Shown: positions 47,611 through 56,874 of the stretch, in pieces
Layout: every line of letters starts with the position of its first letter
How positions within the stretch are numbered: the stretch's first letter is position 1
DNA from: Bacteroidota bacterium
GTDB taxonomy: Bacteria; Bacteroidota; Bacteroidia; Flavobacteriales_D; Sanyastnellaceae
Direction: 5' to 3'
Assembly: GCA_027622975.1 (NCBI GenBank)
Contig: JAQBVN010000001.1
Location: forward strand, 35,955 to 99,954
DNA: 64,000 bases
Program-made: the position numbers and the translations under genes
Notes under the pieces: generated by a model
Told to the model about the DNA's origin: nothing
Databases searched by the model: none
What the model saw: the letters and a program-made list of their open reading frames with translations, nothing else

Positions 47611-48945
47611 TCAGACTTTTTCTTCCTCGAGGAATTTCGTGGTGAAGTCGCCATCGCGGAAACGTTTGTTCCGCATCAAACGCTGGTGAAAGGGAATGGT
47701 CGTCTTCACGCCCTCGATGATGTACTCATCCAAGGCCCGTTGCATTTTGGTGATGGCTTCTTCCCTCGTTTGAGCCACGACGATGAGTTTGCTAATCATG
47801 CTGTCGTAGAAGGGAGGAATCATGTAACCCGCGTACGCATGGGTGTCCACGCGAACTCCGTGTCCCCCAGGGGCATGGTAGTCCGTGATCCTTCCAGGAC
47901 TTGGGGACCAATTGCGATCTGGATCCTCAGCGTTGATTCGGCACTGGATGCTGTGGAGTTTGGGATAGTGATTCCGTCCACTGATCTTCTCACCAGCAGC
48001 CAACTTGATTTGCTCCTTGATCAAGTCATAGTCAATGACTTCTTCGGTGATGGTGTGCTCCACTTGGATGCGGGTGTTCATTTCCATGAAGTAGAAATTT
48101 CGATCTGCATCGACCAAAAATTCTACAGTACCCACACCTTCGTATTTCACAGCTTCAGCCGCTTTGATGGCGGCCTTTCCCATGGCTTCGCGAAGGTCAT
48201 CCGTCATGTAGGGTGAAGGCGTCTCCTCCACGAGTTTTTGATGACGACGCTGGATGGAGCAGTCGCGCTCGCTCAAGTGACAAGCCTTGCCACGGTAATC
48301 AGCGGCAACTTGGATTTCGATGTGACGGGGCTCCACCACAAATTTCTCCATGTACATGCCGTCGTTCCCAAAGGCCGCTCCAGCTTCGCGACGCGTGGAT
48401 TCCCATCCTTCAGCCAATTCCTTCTCATCGCGACAAACCTTCATTCCCTTTCCGCCTCCTCCGGCCGTGGCCTTCAACATGACGGGGTAGCCGATGTCTT
48501 TGGCACAGGCCTTGGCCTCTGCGAAATCAGCCAAAATCCCTTCGCTTCCTGGGATGGTGGGAACGCCAGCTGCTTTCATGGTGGACTTGGCCGAAGCCTT
48601 GTCACCCATGGCGTCGATCATTTCCGGGCTGGCCCCGATGAATTTGATGGCATTCTCGGCACACACCCTCGAGAAATTGGCATTTTCAGACAGAAACCCA
48701 TATCCCGGATGAATCGCATCTGCGTTGGTGATTTCAGCAGCAGCGATGATGTTGGGGATGTTGAGGTAGCTCTGTGCACTTTGAGGAGGGCCAATGCAGA
48801 CCGCTTCGTCCGCAAACCGAACATGCAAGCTGTCACGATCTGCAGTGGAATACACGGCGACTGTGGAGATGCCCATCTCCCGGCAGGTCCGAATCACACG
48901 CAGGGCAATCTCCCCGCGGTTGGCGATCAAAATTTTCTTGAACAT
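47611..48945 (-). CDS. accC: acetyl-CoA carboxylase biotin carboxylase subunit
   Basis: [21 protein letters not shown]-terminus and ATP-grasp motifs. Start set to ATG 48945. Confidence 0.97.
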   Translation of the reverse strand: MFKKILIANRGEIALRVIRTCREMGISTVAVYSTADRDSLHVRFADEAVCIGPPQSAQSYLNIPNIIAAAEITNADAIHPGYGFLSENANFSRVCAENAIKFIGASPEMIDAMGDKASAKSTMKAAGVPTIPGSEGILADFAEAKACAKDIGYPVMLKATAGGGGKGMKVCRDEKELAEGWESTRREAGAAFGNDGMYMEKFVVEPRHIEIQVAADYRGKACHLSERDCSIQRRHQKLVEETPSPYMTDDLREAMGKAAIKAAEAVKYEGVGTVEFLVDADRNFYFMEMNTRIQVEHTITEEVIDYDLIKEQIKLAAGEKISGRNHYPKLHSIQCRINAEDPDRNWSPSPGRITDYHAPGGHGVRVDTHAYAGYMIPPFYDSMISKLIVVAQTREEAITKMQRALDEYIIEGVKTTIPFHQRLMRNKRFRDGDFTTKFLEEEKV

Positions 48946-48967
48946 GCGCTCAGGATCTGCGTGGGAA

Positions 48968-49489
48968 TCAAGCGGGCTCGACCAAGAACAGAGGTTGGTC
49001 GTACTCCACGGGTGAATTGTCATCCACGAGCACCTTCACAATCTTGCCCTTGATTTCAGACTCGATTTCATTGAAAAGCTTCATGGCCTCGATGACACAG
49101 ACGGTGTCACCAACTTTGATGGTGTCGCCTACCTCACAGAAAACCCCCTTGTCTGGGGATGGCCTGCGGTAGAAGGTGCCAATCATGGGAGATTTGATTT
49201 CCACCACGTTGGCAGGAGTCTTGGGCGCTGCGGCCTCGGCTGCAGGAGCTTCGGCCGGCGTCGGAGCTGCGGGCGCCGATGGGGCAACCGCCACGGGCGG
49301 TGTAATGACAGCCTGCGGCACGGCAGCGGGAACCTGGAAGGTTTGAAGCAGAGCTTCGTCTTTCCTGCCTCGTCCTTTGGGCATTTCAGACTTGATGGTG
49401 AGTTTGAAATCTTTTTGTTCGATTTCCACCTCGGTCACGCCCGCGCGGGCGACAAACTTGATGAGGTCTTGAATTTCCGTCAGTTTCAT
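48968..49489 (-). CDS. accB: biotin carboxyl carrier protein
   Basis: Ala/Pro linker and [13 protein letters not shown] biotinyl-lysine motif. Confidence 0.95.
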   Translation of the reverse strand: MKLTEIQDLIKFVARAGVTEVEIEQKDFKLTIKSEMPKGRGRKDEALLQTFQVPAAVPQAVITPPVAVAPSAPAAPTPAEAPAAEAAAPKTPANVVEIKSPMIGTFYRRPSPDKGVFCEVGDTIKVGDTVCVIEAMKLFNEIESEIKGKIVKVLVDDNSPVEYDQPLFLVEPA

Positions 49490-49535
49490 GTCGGAGGTTG
49501 ATTAGCGGGGTGAAAGGTAGTCAAGGCCCGATGAA

Positions 49536-50534
49536 TCATGCATGTTTTGAGCCGTCGTAAGCCCACTTGACGTACACAGAACCCCAAGTGAATCCTCCAC
49601 CAAAGGCGGCAAGGATGAGATTGTCACCACGGCGAAGCTGCGATTCCCAGTCGTGCAAACACAAGGGAATGGTGGCAGCCGTGGTGTTACCGTACTTCTG
49701 AATGTTGATCATCACCTTCTCGTGGGGAAGACCTGCGCGCCGCTGCGTGGCGTCAATGATTCGAAGGTTGGCTTGGTGGGGTACCAACCATGCCACGTCT
49801 TCGGAGGTCAAACCGTTGCGCTCCATGATTTCGTAGCTCACATCAGCCATTTTTGTGACCGCAGATTTGAACACGGGTTGTCCATCCTGATAGATGAAAT
49901 GCTGTTTGGCATCAATCGTTTCATGGGAAGCAGGCCGGAGAGAACCTCCTGCAGGCATGCACAAAAATTCTCCGCCCGCTCCATCTGAACGAAGGATGGC
50001 ATCCTTGATGCCGCACTCTCCGTCTTGAGACTGCAGCAAAACCGCGCCCGCTCCATCGCCAAACAACACGCAGGTGGTTCGGTCTGTGTAGTCGAGGATG
50101 GAGCTCATTTTGTCGGCGCCGACCACAACCACGTTCCGGGCTTTCCCAGTCTCCACGAATTGTGCCCCCGTGTTGAGCGCGAACAAGAAACCGCTGCATG
50201 CCGCACTCAAGTCAAAGCCCCAAGCATTCGTGGCACCAACCTTGTGTCCGATCAAGTTGGCCGTTGAGGGAAAGAGCATGTCTGGGGTGACTGTGGCGCA
50301 AATGATCAGGTCGATGTCCGTGGGGTCAAGCCCTGACTTTGCGCAAAGGGACTTCACAGCTTCTGCCCCCATGTCGGATGTTGCCTTGTTGGGGTCCTTC
50401 AGGATTCGACGTTCTTCGATCCCTGTGCGGGTTCGAATCCATTCGTCGTTGGTGTCGACCATCGATTCGAGGTCGAAATTGGTCAACTTGTCGTCTGGCA
50501 CGTAGCCGGCGACGCAGGTGATGGCTGCAGGCAT
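49536..50534 (-). CDS. fabH: 3-oxoacyl-ACP synthase III
   Basis: Active-site AACSGF and HQAN motifs, ending GGGFTWGS. Confidence 0.95.
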   Translation of the reverse strand: MPAAITCVAGYVPDDKLTNFDLESMVDTNDEWIRTRTGIEERRILKDPNKATSDMGAEAVKSLCAKSGLDPTDIDLIICATVTPDMLFPSTANLIGHKVGATNAWGFDLSAACSGFLFALNTGAQFVETGKARNVVVVGADKMSSILDYTDRTTCVLFGDGAGAVLLQSQDGECGIKDAILRSDGAGGEFLCMPAGGSLRPASHETIDAKQHFIYQDGQPVFKSAVTKMADVSYEIMERNGLTSEDVAWLVPHQANLRIIDATQRRAGLPHEKVMINIQKYGNTTAATIPLCLHDWESQLRRGDNLILAAFGGGFTWGSVYVKWAYDGSKHA

Positions 50535-50557
50535 CGGATTTTCAATTCAATGAAGGC

Positions 50558-50565
50558 CAAAGGTA
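50558..50565 (-). promoter_or_regulatory. -7 box TACCTTTG upstream of fabH (23 nt from the ATG), embedded in an inverted repeat
   Basis: Perfect TAnnTTTG inside AAGGCCAAAGG...TTTGGGCCTT (50553..50584). Confidence 0.45.
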
Positions 50566-50682
50566 GACCGACGGTTTGGGCCTTGGCCGCAACTTTTGCG
50601 TCGAGTCTTCAACGATTGACGTGGAAAAGTCGCGGGTGGAGGGAGTGTGATGTGTTTGGGGAAGTCAAAATCTGTGTCACAG

Positions 50683-50708
50683 AAAAAGGACTGCACGCAT
50701 GGCAGTCC
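50683..50708 (-). terminator. intrinsic terminator after rpmF
   Basis: Minus strand reads GGACTGC-CATGCGT-GCAGTCC followed by TTTTT. Confidence 0.7.
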
Positions 50709-50760
50709 TTTTCAATCGACGCTCCAAGGCGCCGACAACTGGCTTCAGAAGAGATTCAAA

Positions 50761-50949
50761 TCAAACCTCCTCACGCTCCATCACAACCTTGCCCTTGTAA
50801 TAGAGCTTGCCTTCGTGCCAATGGGCGCGGTGGAACATGTGGGGCTGGCCCGTGGTGGGACAGGTGCTCACATTGGGGGCCGTGAGGGCGTCGTGGGTAC
50901 GGCGCTTGCGCGTGCGCGTCTTGCTCTGCCGTCTTTTGGGATGTGCCAT
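50761..50949 (-). CDS. rpmF: 50S ribosomal protein L32
   Basis: MAHPKRRQSKTRTRKRRTH N-terminus. Confidence 0.96.
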   Translation of the reverse strand: MAHPKRRQSKTRTRKRRTHDALTAPNVSTCPTTGQPHMFHRAHWHEGKLYYKGKVVMEREEV

Positions 50950-50954
50950 GTTGC

Positions 50955-51467
50955 TTAGTTGTCGAGTCCTTTCAATGCTGCCCAGCGCGGGTCGAAATCT
51001 TCGGTGTCGTCATCATTCTCGGGGGAATCATCTTGCCACTCGGTCATGTCCAAGTCGCAATCTTCTTCGTTTTCGTGAATGATGCGAGTGGGGAGGGTCA
51101 AGTGCACCAACTGAAAAACGGCATCTGCCACATCCAGTTCATACTCCTTGGTGCCCAAAATCCACAATTCGTCGTCCAACACCGTTTCCTCTCCGAACCG
51201 GATGGAGATGCGGTCTGTGGCTTGGAGTGGAAGTTTCACTTCTTCCAAGCATCGATCGCAAGGTGATGTCAACGTCGCATTCAAGGTCAAACGGAGGGTC
51301 ATGGTGGTGTCGAGTTTGTCCAACTCAACATGCACCTCTCCGTGAACTTGATTCACGTCAGAATGGGGAAAACACGCAAAGAACTCCGGGTCCACACGCA
51401 TTTGGAAGTCATGCACTCCAGGCTTCAAACCCACAAACGGGATGCGGAAATCTGCCAACGGATTCAT
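50955..51467 (-). CDS. yceD: YceD/DUF177 family protein
   Basis: Conserved position upstream of rpmF, acidic C-terminus and CxxC-like region. Start set to ATG 51467; the track uses TTG 51476. Confidence 0.82.
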   Translation of the reverse strand: MNPLADFRIPFVGLKPGVHDFQMRVDPEFFACFPHSDVNQVHGEVHVELDKLDTTMTLRLTLNATLTSPCDRCLEEVKLPLQATDRISIRFGEETVLDDELWILGTKEYELDVADAVFQLVHLTLPTRIIHENEEDCDLDMTEWQDDSPENDDDTEDFDPRWAALKGLDN

Positions 51468-51489
51468 GTCCACCAAAATTTGGGGAGTG

Positions 51490-51497
51490 CAAAGGTA
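51490..51497 (-). promoter_or_regulatory. -7 box TACCTTTG upstream of yceD (22 nt from the ATG)
   Basis: Perfect TAnnTTTG on the minus strand. Confidence 0.45.
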
Positions 51498-51599
51498 AAG
51501 AATTCAAGTCATTCTGCCAACATTCCGACAGAGCGTTCCTTGCGGAAGAATGAAGCCCAGCCCGGACGAGGTGTTCCAAGGGTGTCCAGCAGGGAGAAA

Positions 51600-52655
51600 T
51601 CAGCGTTCGCGATGCTCGAGTTTTGGGGGATTCACCTCGAGTGGATTGGCTGTCAATTTGCGGTGAGTCTGTCGATGCTTCCAGACGTCACAGGCCAAAC
51701 GAATGGCCTCGAGCATCGAACCGCCTCGCGCCTCGCCTTTGCCTGCAATGTCAAATCCAGTCCCGTGGTCGGGGCTGGTCCGAACCACAGGAAGCCCGGC
51801 GGTGAAATTCACCCCGCGGCTGAAACTCAATGCCTTGAATGGTGCAAGACCCTGGTCGTGATACATGGCCAAAACACCGTCGAAGCGAGAAGCCGCCCCG
51901 GACCCAAAGAATCCATCAGCGGCATAAGGCCCCATGACGTGCATGCCCGCTCCCGTGGCCTGTTGGATGGCCGGCACGATGATGCGTTTTTCCTCATCAC
52001 CCATCATGCCGTTGTCTCCTGCATGTGGATTGAGCCCGAGCACGGCAATGCGAGGGGACGGAATGCCAAAATCCTTCGTCAGGCTGTCGTGCATCAAGGT
52101 GAGTTTCTTCACAATGCCCGCTGTGGTGAGGTTGGATGCGACGTCCCTCAGGGCGACGTGGCCTGTGGCGACACCAATGCGCAATCCTTCGCAACACAGC
52201 AACATCAAGACGTCATCCACACCTGCGACGTTTGCGAGGTATTCGGTGTGACCAGGAAAGGCAAATCCGGCTTGACGAATGGTGTCTTTGTTGATGGGTG
52301 CAGTCACCAACACATCGACATTCGTTTGGGCCAAATGTCCCACAGCGGATTCCAAGCTTTTCATGGCCACAGCACCAGCAAGTGTCGTGGCTTGCCCCGG
52401 TTGATGTTCAAACGCCCCAGCGTCCAAGTCCACAACGTTGATTTGACCTGAGATTCCCGCTTTGACATCGTCCACTTCTGACCAAGGAACACGTTCAAAG
52501 GCGACTTCAGCCAAGGCTCGCGGAGCAAACACCACGGGGATGATGTCCTCAAGTGTGCGTTCATCCGACAACGCGTCAGCGAGGGCTTCGAGGCCGATGC
52601 CGTTGGGGTCTCCGCATGAAATGCCGACCCTGATTTTGGAATTCTTGTGGCTCAT
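51600..52655 (-). CDS. pdxA: 4-hydroxythreonine-4-phosphate dehydrogenase
   Basis: GISCGDPNGIG, FPGHTEY and SPDHGTGFDIAGKG motifs. Confidence 0.95.
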   Translation of the reverse strand: MSHKNSKIRVGISCGDPNGIGLEALADALSDERTLEDIIPVVFAPRALAEVAFERVPWSEVDDVKAGISGQINVVDLDAGAFEHQPGQATTLAGAVAMKSLESAVGHLAQTNVDVLVTAPINKDTIRQAGFAFPGHTEYLANVAGVDDVLMLLCCEGLRIGVATGHVALRDVASNLTTAGIVKKLTLMHDSLTKDFGIPSPRIAVLGLNPHAGDNGMMGDEEKRIIVPAIQQATGAGMHVMGPYAADGFFGSGAASRFDGVLAMYHDQGLAPFKALSFSRGVNFTAGLPVVRTSPDHGTGFDIAGKGEARGGSMLEAIRLACDVWKHRQTHRKLTANPLEVNPPKLEHRER

Positions 52656-52665
52656 GGCGTGGGGT

Positions 52666-52673
52666 CAAAGGTA
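52666..52673 (-). promoter_or_regulatory. -7 box TACCTTTG upstream of pdxA (10 nt from the ATG)
   Basis: Perfect TAnnTTTG. It lies back-to-back (8 nt) with TACCTTGG (52682..52689), which faces the T9SS-cargo gene. Confidence 0.45.
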
Positions 52674-52697
52674 GCACCGAGTACCTTGGTCTTGTCA

Positions 52698-55409
52698 ATG
52701 ACGAGGATCCACTTTCTTCCTGACTCTGCGCGAATTTGGCGTTGGGTGGTCCTGCTGTTCGTGATGGTGTGGGCATTCCCTGTCAGCGCCACCCACAACA
52801 GAGCAGGGGAAATTACCTACAGCCATGTGCAGGGGTTGACCTATGAAATCGTCATCACGACATACACAAAGGCCAGTGCCTTGGCTGACAGACCTTACCT
52901 GTTTTTGAGGTGGGGGGATGAATCGGACAACAACCTGGACTCGTTGGAGCGTGAGCTCCCTGTTGGGATGCTCCCTGGCGATGTGCAGGTGAACGTGTAT
53001 CGGGGGAACCACACCTATGGTGGCCCTGGGGTGTATGAATTGTCCGTGGAGGACCCCAACCGAAACGAAGGTGTATTGAACATGACCGGGTCGGTCGACA
53101 CGCCTTTTGCGATTCGGTCGTTGTTGATCATCGATCCACAGGCAGGGCACAACAACAGCGTCCAGTTGCTGAACCCTGCCACGGAAAATGCATGCCTGTT
53201 TCAATCGTGGATTCACAATCCAGCCGCATACGATCCAGATGGCGACGTGTTGACCTATTCCTTGGTGCCCTGCCGTGGATTCAATGGTGATTTCATTCCG
53301 AGCTATCAATTTCCCGATGACATCAGTCCTTCCGACGATGTCTTCGAGGTGGATGAATCCACGGGTGATTTGATGTGGGAAACGCCCCAAATCGTTGGGG
53401 AATACAACGTGGCCTTGAAGATTGAGGAATGGCGGATGGTGGCCGGTGCATTGCGTAAAGTGGGGGAGGTGATCCGCGATCTTCAAATCGACGTTCAAGT
53501 TTGCGCCAACCAGCCCCCGGAACTTGTGGCCATGTCGGACACGTGTGTTTTGGCGGGGTCCACATTGACCTTTGATGTCACGGCAACAGATCCCGACGGA
53601 AACCCCGTTGTCATCTCTGGGGCAGGCGGAGCGTTGACGGAAGTGGAACACCTGGCAGAGCTCGATTTTGTGTCTTCGGGATTGGCCACATTCACATGGA
53701 CCCCTGGGTGCGCTGAAATTCGGGCCCAGCCGCACCAAGTGGTGTTCAAAGCCCAGGATGTGGGCAACGCCGTTCCGCTCGTCGACATTGAAACCAGGCA
53801 AATCACCGTCATTTCGCCTCCGGTTGAAGAGGTCTCAGCTGAGCCGATTGGATACACCATGGCCCTTTCGTGGAGTCCCAATGAGTGTTTGGACGAGGTG
53901 GGGTTGCAGCAGCAAGAGGGCGCCCATTCCCTCGTGTATCGGAGGCTTCAGTTGGATCAGACCGATTGGGAACCTGCCCTGTGTGAGGTGGGCGTGCCGG
54001 AGGGGGTGGGTTACACTCTCGTTGGGGTCACAGACGACGCAGACGCGGTGGGTTGGATCGACGAATCTTCCCTGAGTTTTGGCGTGACCTACTGTTACCG
54101 GGTTGTGACCAAGTATGGCGATGGTGCCCTGTCGTTGGCAAGCGAAGAGGCTTGCGGTCGCATTCGCAAGGACATTCCAATCATGACCCATGCATCTGTC
54201 CAAACCACGGGTCCTTCAGATTCTGTGTGGGTCGGATGGTCGCCTCCAAACGAATTGGACGAAGAAGCATTTCCCGGGCCTTATCGCCTCGATTTGATGG
54301 GTCGGCCCATGGCGGATGTGGCCTCGACCATGGCGCCTCTCTGGTCTTCGACTGTCGAGAGTTCTGTGGCCGACCTCGACACGGGGACATGGGTGCTGGA
54401 TGTGCCTACGGACACCACAGCATGGGAATTCTCTGTTTTGCTCTGGAGCGGTGAGGAGGAAGTAGGGATGCCTCCTTCCGCGACCACGCCTTGGTTGACT
54501 TTGGTGCCCGATGACAACCAACTGACGTTGAACCTGAACCAGTCTGTTCCTTGGGTGGTCGAATCGATTGTGGTGGAAAAGCTCATCGGAGAGGAATTTG
54601 TGGTCATGGACACCGTGTCGGTGCCCATCTGGGTCGATACGGGCCTTGTCAACAACGTGACGTATTGCTACCGCGTAACCACGTGGGGTCGTTACGACGA
54701 CCCAACCGTGTCAAACCCCTTGGTGAACAAGAGCCAAATTGCCTGCGGGGCACCCTACGACTTGACCCCACCGTGTCCACCGACTTTGGTGGTGCAAGCC
54801 GATTGTGAGTTGGAACGAGACACCTTGAGGTGGTCGGGCCCTTCGGCATGCATAGAGGCCGACGACATCACAGGGTACAACGTGTATTGGGCTCCCTTTT
54901 GGGGAGATTCGTTGCAGTTATGGCTTCACGTGGAAGACCCTCTGGACACCGTGGCTGTGTTCAATGACGACGATGTCCAACGATCCATTGCGGGCTGTTT
55001 TGTGGTGACAGCCTTGGACAGTTTGTTGCCCGGTCCGGACGGGGTGTTGCGCCAAAACGAAAGTTGGCTCCGAGATACGGTGTGTGTGGACAATTGTCCC
55101 TTCTATGCCTTGCCGAATGTGTTCAGTCCGAATGACGACCAAGTCAACGATGTGTTTGAGGCCTTTCCGTGGAAATTTGTAGACAGCGTCGATGTTCGAA
55201 TCATCAACCGTTGGGGCGAGGAGGTTTTCAAGACGACAAATCCGGCCGTGGAGTGGGATGGAACCTACCTCAACACGGGCGAACTGCTTCCTGACGGTGT
55301 GTACTTCTACACGGCCACAGCATTCACGCGCAGATTGGTTGGAATTGTGCCAGAACGGATGTCAGGGTCCATCCACCTGGTGGATGGGAAACGGATCACA
55401 ACGGATTGA
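52698..55409 (+). CDS. large secreted multi-domain protein with a gliding-motility-associated (T9SS type B) C-terminal domain
   Basis: Signal peptide, repeated DPDGD/DPDGNP Ig-like modules, and the C-terminal NVFSPNDDQVNDVF...WDG...DGVYFY signature of the type-B sorting domain. Confidence 0.85.
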   Translation: MTRIHFLPDSARIWRWVVLLFVMVWAFPVSATHNRAGEITYSHVQGLTYEIVITTYTKASALADRPYLFLRWGDESDNNLDSLERELPVGMLPGDVQVNVYRGNHTYGGPGVYELSVEDPNRNEGVLNMTGSVDTPFAIRSLLIIDPQAGHNNSVQLLNPATENACLFQSWIHNPAAYDPDGDVLTYSLVPCRGFNGDFIPSYQFPDDISPSDDVFEVDESTGDLMWETPQIVGEYNVALKIEEWRMVAGALRKVGEVIRDLQIDVQVCANQPPELVAMSDTCVLAGSTLTFDVTATDPDGNPVVISGAGGALTEVEHLAELDFVSSGLATFTWTPGCAEIRAQPHQVVFKAQDVGNAVPLVDIETRQITVISPPVEEVSAEPIGYTMALSWSPNECLDEVGLQQQEGAHSLVYRRLQLDQTDWEPALCEVGVPEGVGYTLVGVTDDADAVGWIDESSLSFGVTYCYRVVTKYGDGALSLASEEACGRIRKDIPIMTHASVQTTGPSDSVWVGWSPPNELDEEAFPGPYRLDLMGRPMADVASTMAPLWSSTVESSVADLDTGTWVLDVPTDTTAWEFSVLLWSGEEEVGMPPSATTPWLTLVPDDNQLTLNLNQSVPWVVESIVVEKLIGEEFVVMDTVSVPIWVDTGLVNNVTYCYRVTTWGRYDDPTVSNPLVNKSQIACGAPYDLTPPCPPTLVVQADCELERDTLRWSGPSACIEADDITGYNVYWAPFWGDSLQLWLHVEDPLDTVAVFNDDDVQRSIAGCFVVTALDSLLPGPDGVLRQNESWLRDTVCVDNCPFYALPNVFSPNDDQVNDVFEAFPWKFVDSVDVRIINRWGEEVFKTTNPAVEWDGTYLNTGELLPDGVYFYTATAFTRRLVGIVPERMSGSIHLVDGKRITTD

Positions 55410-55500
55410 AGGGTGCGCCTTGGGTCTTGATATGCGGCAAAGGACCCCGATGTGTGGTAAAGGGATGCGGAAGGGATGTCGCACAGGCACCGGGCAGACG

Positions 55501-55508
55501 TAGTTTTG
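55501..55508 (+). promoter_or_regulatory. -7 box TAGTTTTG, 4 nt upstream of the ribE ATG
   Basis: TAGTTTTG-CACC-ATG. Confidence 0.45.
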
Positions 55509-55512
55509 CACC

Positions 55513-56121
55513 ATGTTCACAGGAATCATCGAAGCTCAAGGAGAGTTGGTCGGGCTGCGTCGGGAGGGGACCAATCTTCATCTATCAGTGCGCGCGCCTT
55601 TTGTGAATGCCCTCCAAGTGGATCAGAGTGTATCGCACGACGGCGTTTGTTTGACGGTTGTGGACATCAAGGAGGACCTTTACATCGTCACGGCGATTGA
55701 TGAAACACTTCAGAAAACAACCTTAGGCACCCTCGCGCTGGGTCATCGATTCAACCTTGAACGTTGTGCAGTGGTCGGCGATCGCATCGATGGGCATGTG
55801 GTTCAGGGCCACGTGGATGTCACGGGGAACCTTCAAAGCATTTCTTCGAGGGATGGAAGTTGGGTGTTGACCATCACCCATCCTGCGGGTCCGGAATGGC
55901 TCACAGTTCCGAAGGGGAGCATTGCCGTTCAGGGAATCAGTTTGACCGTGGTGGACAGTGCGCCGGGAGAGTTCACCGTAGCCATCATTCCCTACACTTG
56001 GGAACATACCAACCTCCATCGGTCGCTCCCCGGAACTTCTGTGAACTTGGAATTTGACGTGATGGGCAAATACGTGGCGAGGTTGCTCGATGCGCACCTC
56101 AGCGCTCGGACCGGGGTCTGA
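55513..56121 (+). CDS. ribE: riboflavin synthase
   Basis: MFTGIIE N-terminus and an internal duplicated lumazine-binding repeat ([11 protein letters not shown] / [11 protein letters not shown]). Confidence 0.95.
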   Translation: MFTGIIEAQGELVGLRREGTNLHLSVRAPFVNALQVDQSVSHDGVCLTVVDIKEDLYIVTAIDETLQKTTLGTLALGHRFNLERCAVVGDRIDGHVVQGHVDVTGNLQSISSRDGSWVLTITHPAGPEWLTVPKGSIAVQGISLTVVDSAPGEFTVAIIPYTWEHTNLHRSLPGTSVNLEFDVMGKYVARLLDAHLSARTGV

Positions 56122-56836
56122 GGACAAAATTTTGCCCGAGGTACACCCGCCGAACTTTGTCGTCGGCTGCAAGCTCTTCAGCCGTCCCTTCCCGCAGGAT
56201 TCGCCCTTCAAACAAGAGGTAGGCACGGTCCGTGATGTGCAGGGTTTCTTGCACATTGTGGTCCGTGATCAAGACGCCGATGCCCTGGCGACGAAGCTGG
56301 TCCACAATCTGTTGGATGTCTTCCACCGCTATGGGATCCACACCTGCGAAAGGCTCGTCGAGCAAAATGAAAGACGGGTTGGAAGCCAAGGCCCGCGCAA
56401 TTTCGGTTCGCCTCCTTTCCCCCCCAGACAGGACGTCCCCCATGCTTTGGCGCACTTTGTGGAGATTGAATTCGTCCAACAGTGCTTCCAACCGATCGGC
56501 CGCTTCTGATGGCGTGAGCCCTTGAAACTCGAGAATGGCCATGATGTTGTCTTCGACACTCAACTTTCGAAACACGCTTGGCTCTTGAGGCAGGTATCCA
56601 ATGCCACGAGCAGCCCGTTTGTGCATCGGCGCATGGGTGAGATCTTCCTCTCCCAGCCTTACGGTCCCTTGGTCTGGTTTGACCAAACCGACCACCGTGT
56701 AGAAACTCGTGGTCTTTCCTGCTCCGTTGGGGCCGAGCAACCCAACCACCTCGCCAGGAGCAACCCTGAACGAGACATCATCGACAACCTTCCGACGGCC
56801 GTAGGTTTTGACCAGGTGTTGGACAACCAGATCCAT
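56099..56836 (-). CDS. lptB: LPS export ABC transporter ATP-binding protein
   Basis: Walker [10 protein letters not shown], signature LSGGERRR and Walker [10 protein letters not shown]. Start at ATG 56836. Confidence 0.95.
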   Translation of the reverse strand: MDLVVQHLVKTYGRRKVVDDVSFRVAPGEVVGLLGPNGAGKTTSFYTVVGLVKPDQGTVRLGEEDLTHAPMHKRAARGIGYLPQEPSVFRKLSVEDNIMAILEFQGLTPSEAADRLEALLDEFNLHKVRQSMGDVLSGGERRRTEIARALASNPSFILLDEPFAGVDPIAVEDIQQIVDQLRRQGIGVLITDHNVQETLHITDRAYLLFEGRILREGTAEELAADDKVRRVYLGQNFVLRPRSER

Positions 56837-56840
56837 GGGG

Positions 56841-56848
56841 CAAAGGTC
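56841..56848 (-). promoter_or_regulatory. -7-like box GACCTTTG, 4 nt upstream of the lptB ATG
   Basis: Minus strand reads GACCTTTG-CCCC-ATG, the same 12-mer context as the radical SAM gene. Confidence 0.35.
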
Positions 56849-56874
56849 GGCCAAAATGGCGCCCGTCCTGCGGA

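Noticed and set aside
50430-50440. GGTTCGAATCC T-arm-like motif (also GGTTCGAATC at 27090..27099), a possible tRNA signature.
   Set aside because: Both lie inside well-supported coding frames (fabH and the S41 peptidase). I could not find acceptor or anticodon stems flanking them.
50535-50760. Absence of plsX between rpmF and fabH, and whether a degraded gene remains in the 227-nt spacer.
   Set aside because: No ORF remnants are visible. The spacer holds a clean rpmF terminator and a fabH promoter box, so it looks like a normal operon boundary. I cannot judge lineage-typical synteny without genome comparison.
51330-53801. 373-aa plus-strand ORF (51330..52451) and 368-aa minus-strand ORF (52695..53801).
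   Set aside because: They are antisense to pdxA and to the T9SS cargo gene respectively, and have no motifs of their own.
56099-56121. 23-nt overlap of the convergent 3' ends of ribE and lptB.
   Set aside because: It is real in the sequence, but short convergent overlaps are common in compact genomes and nothing structured is visible. Not pursued.
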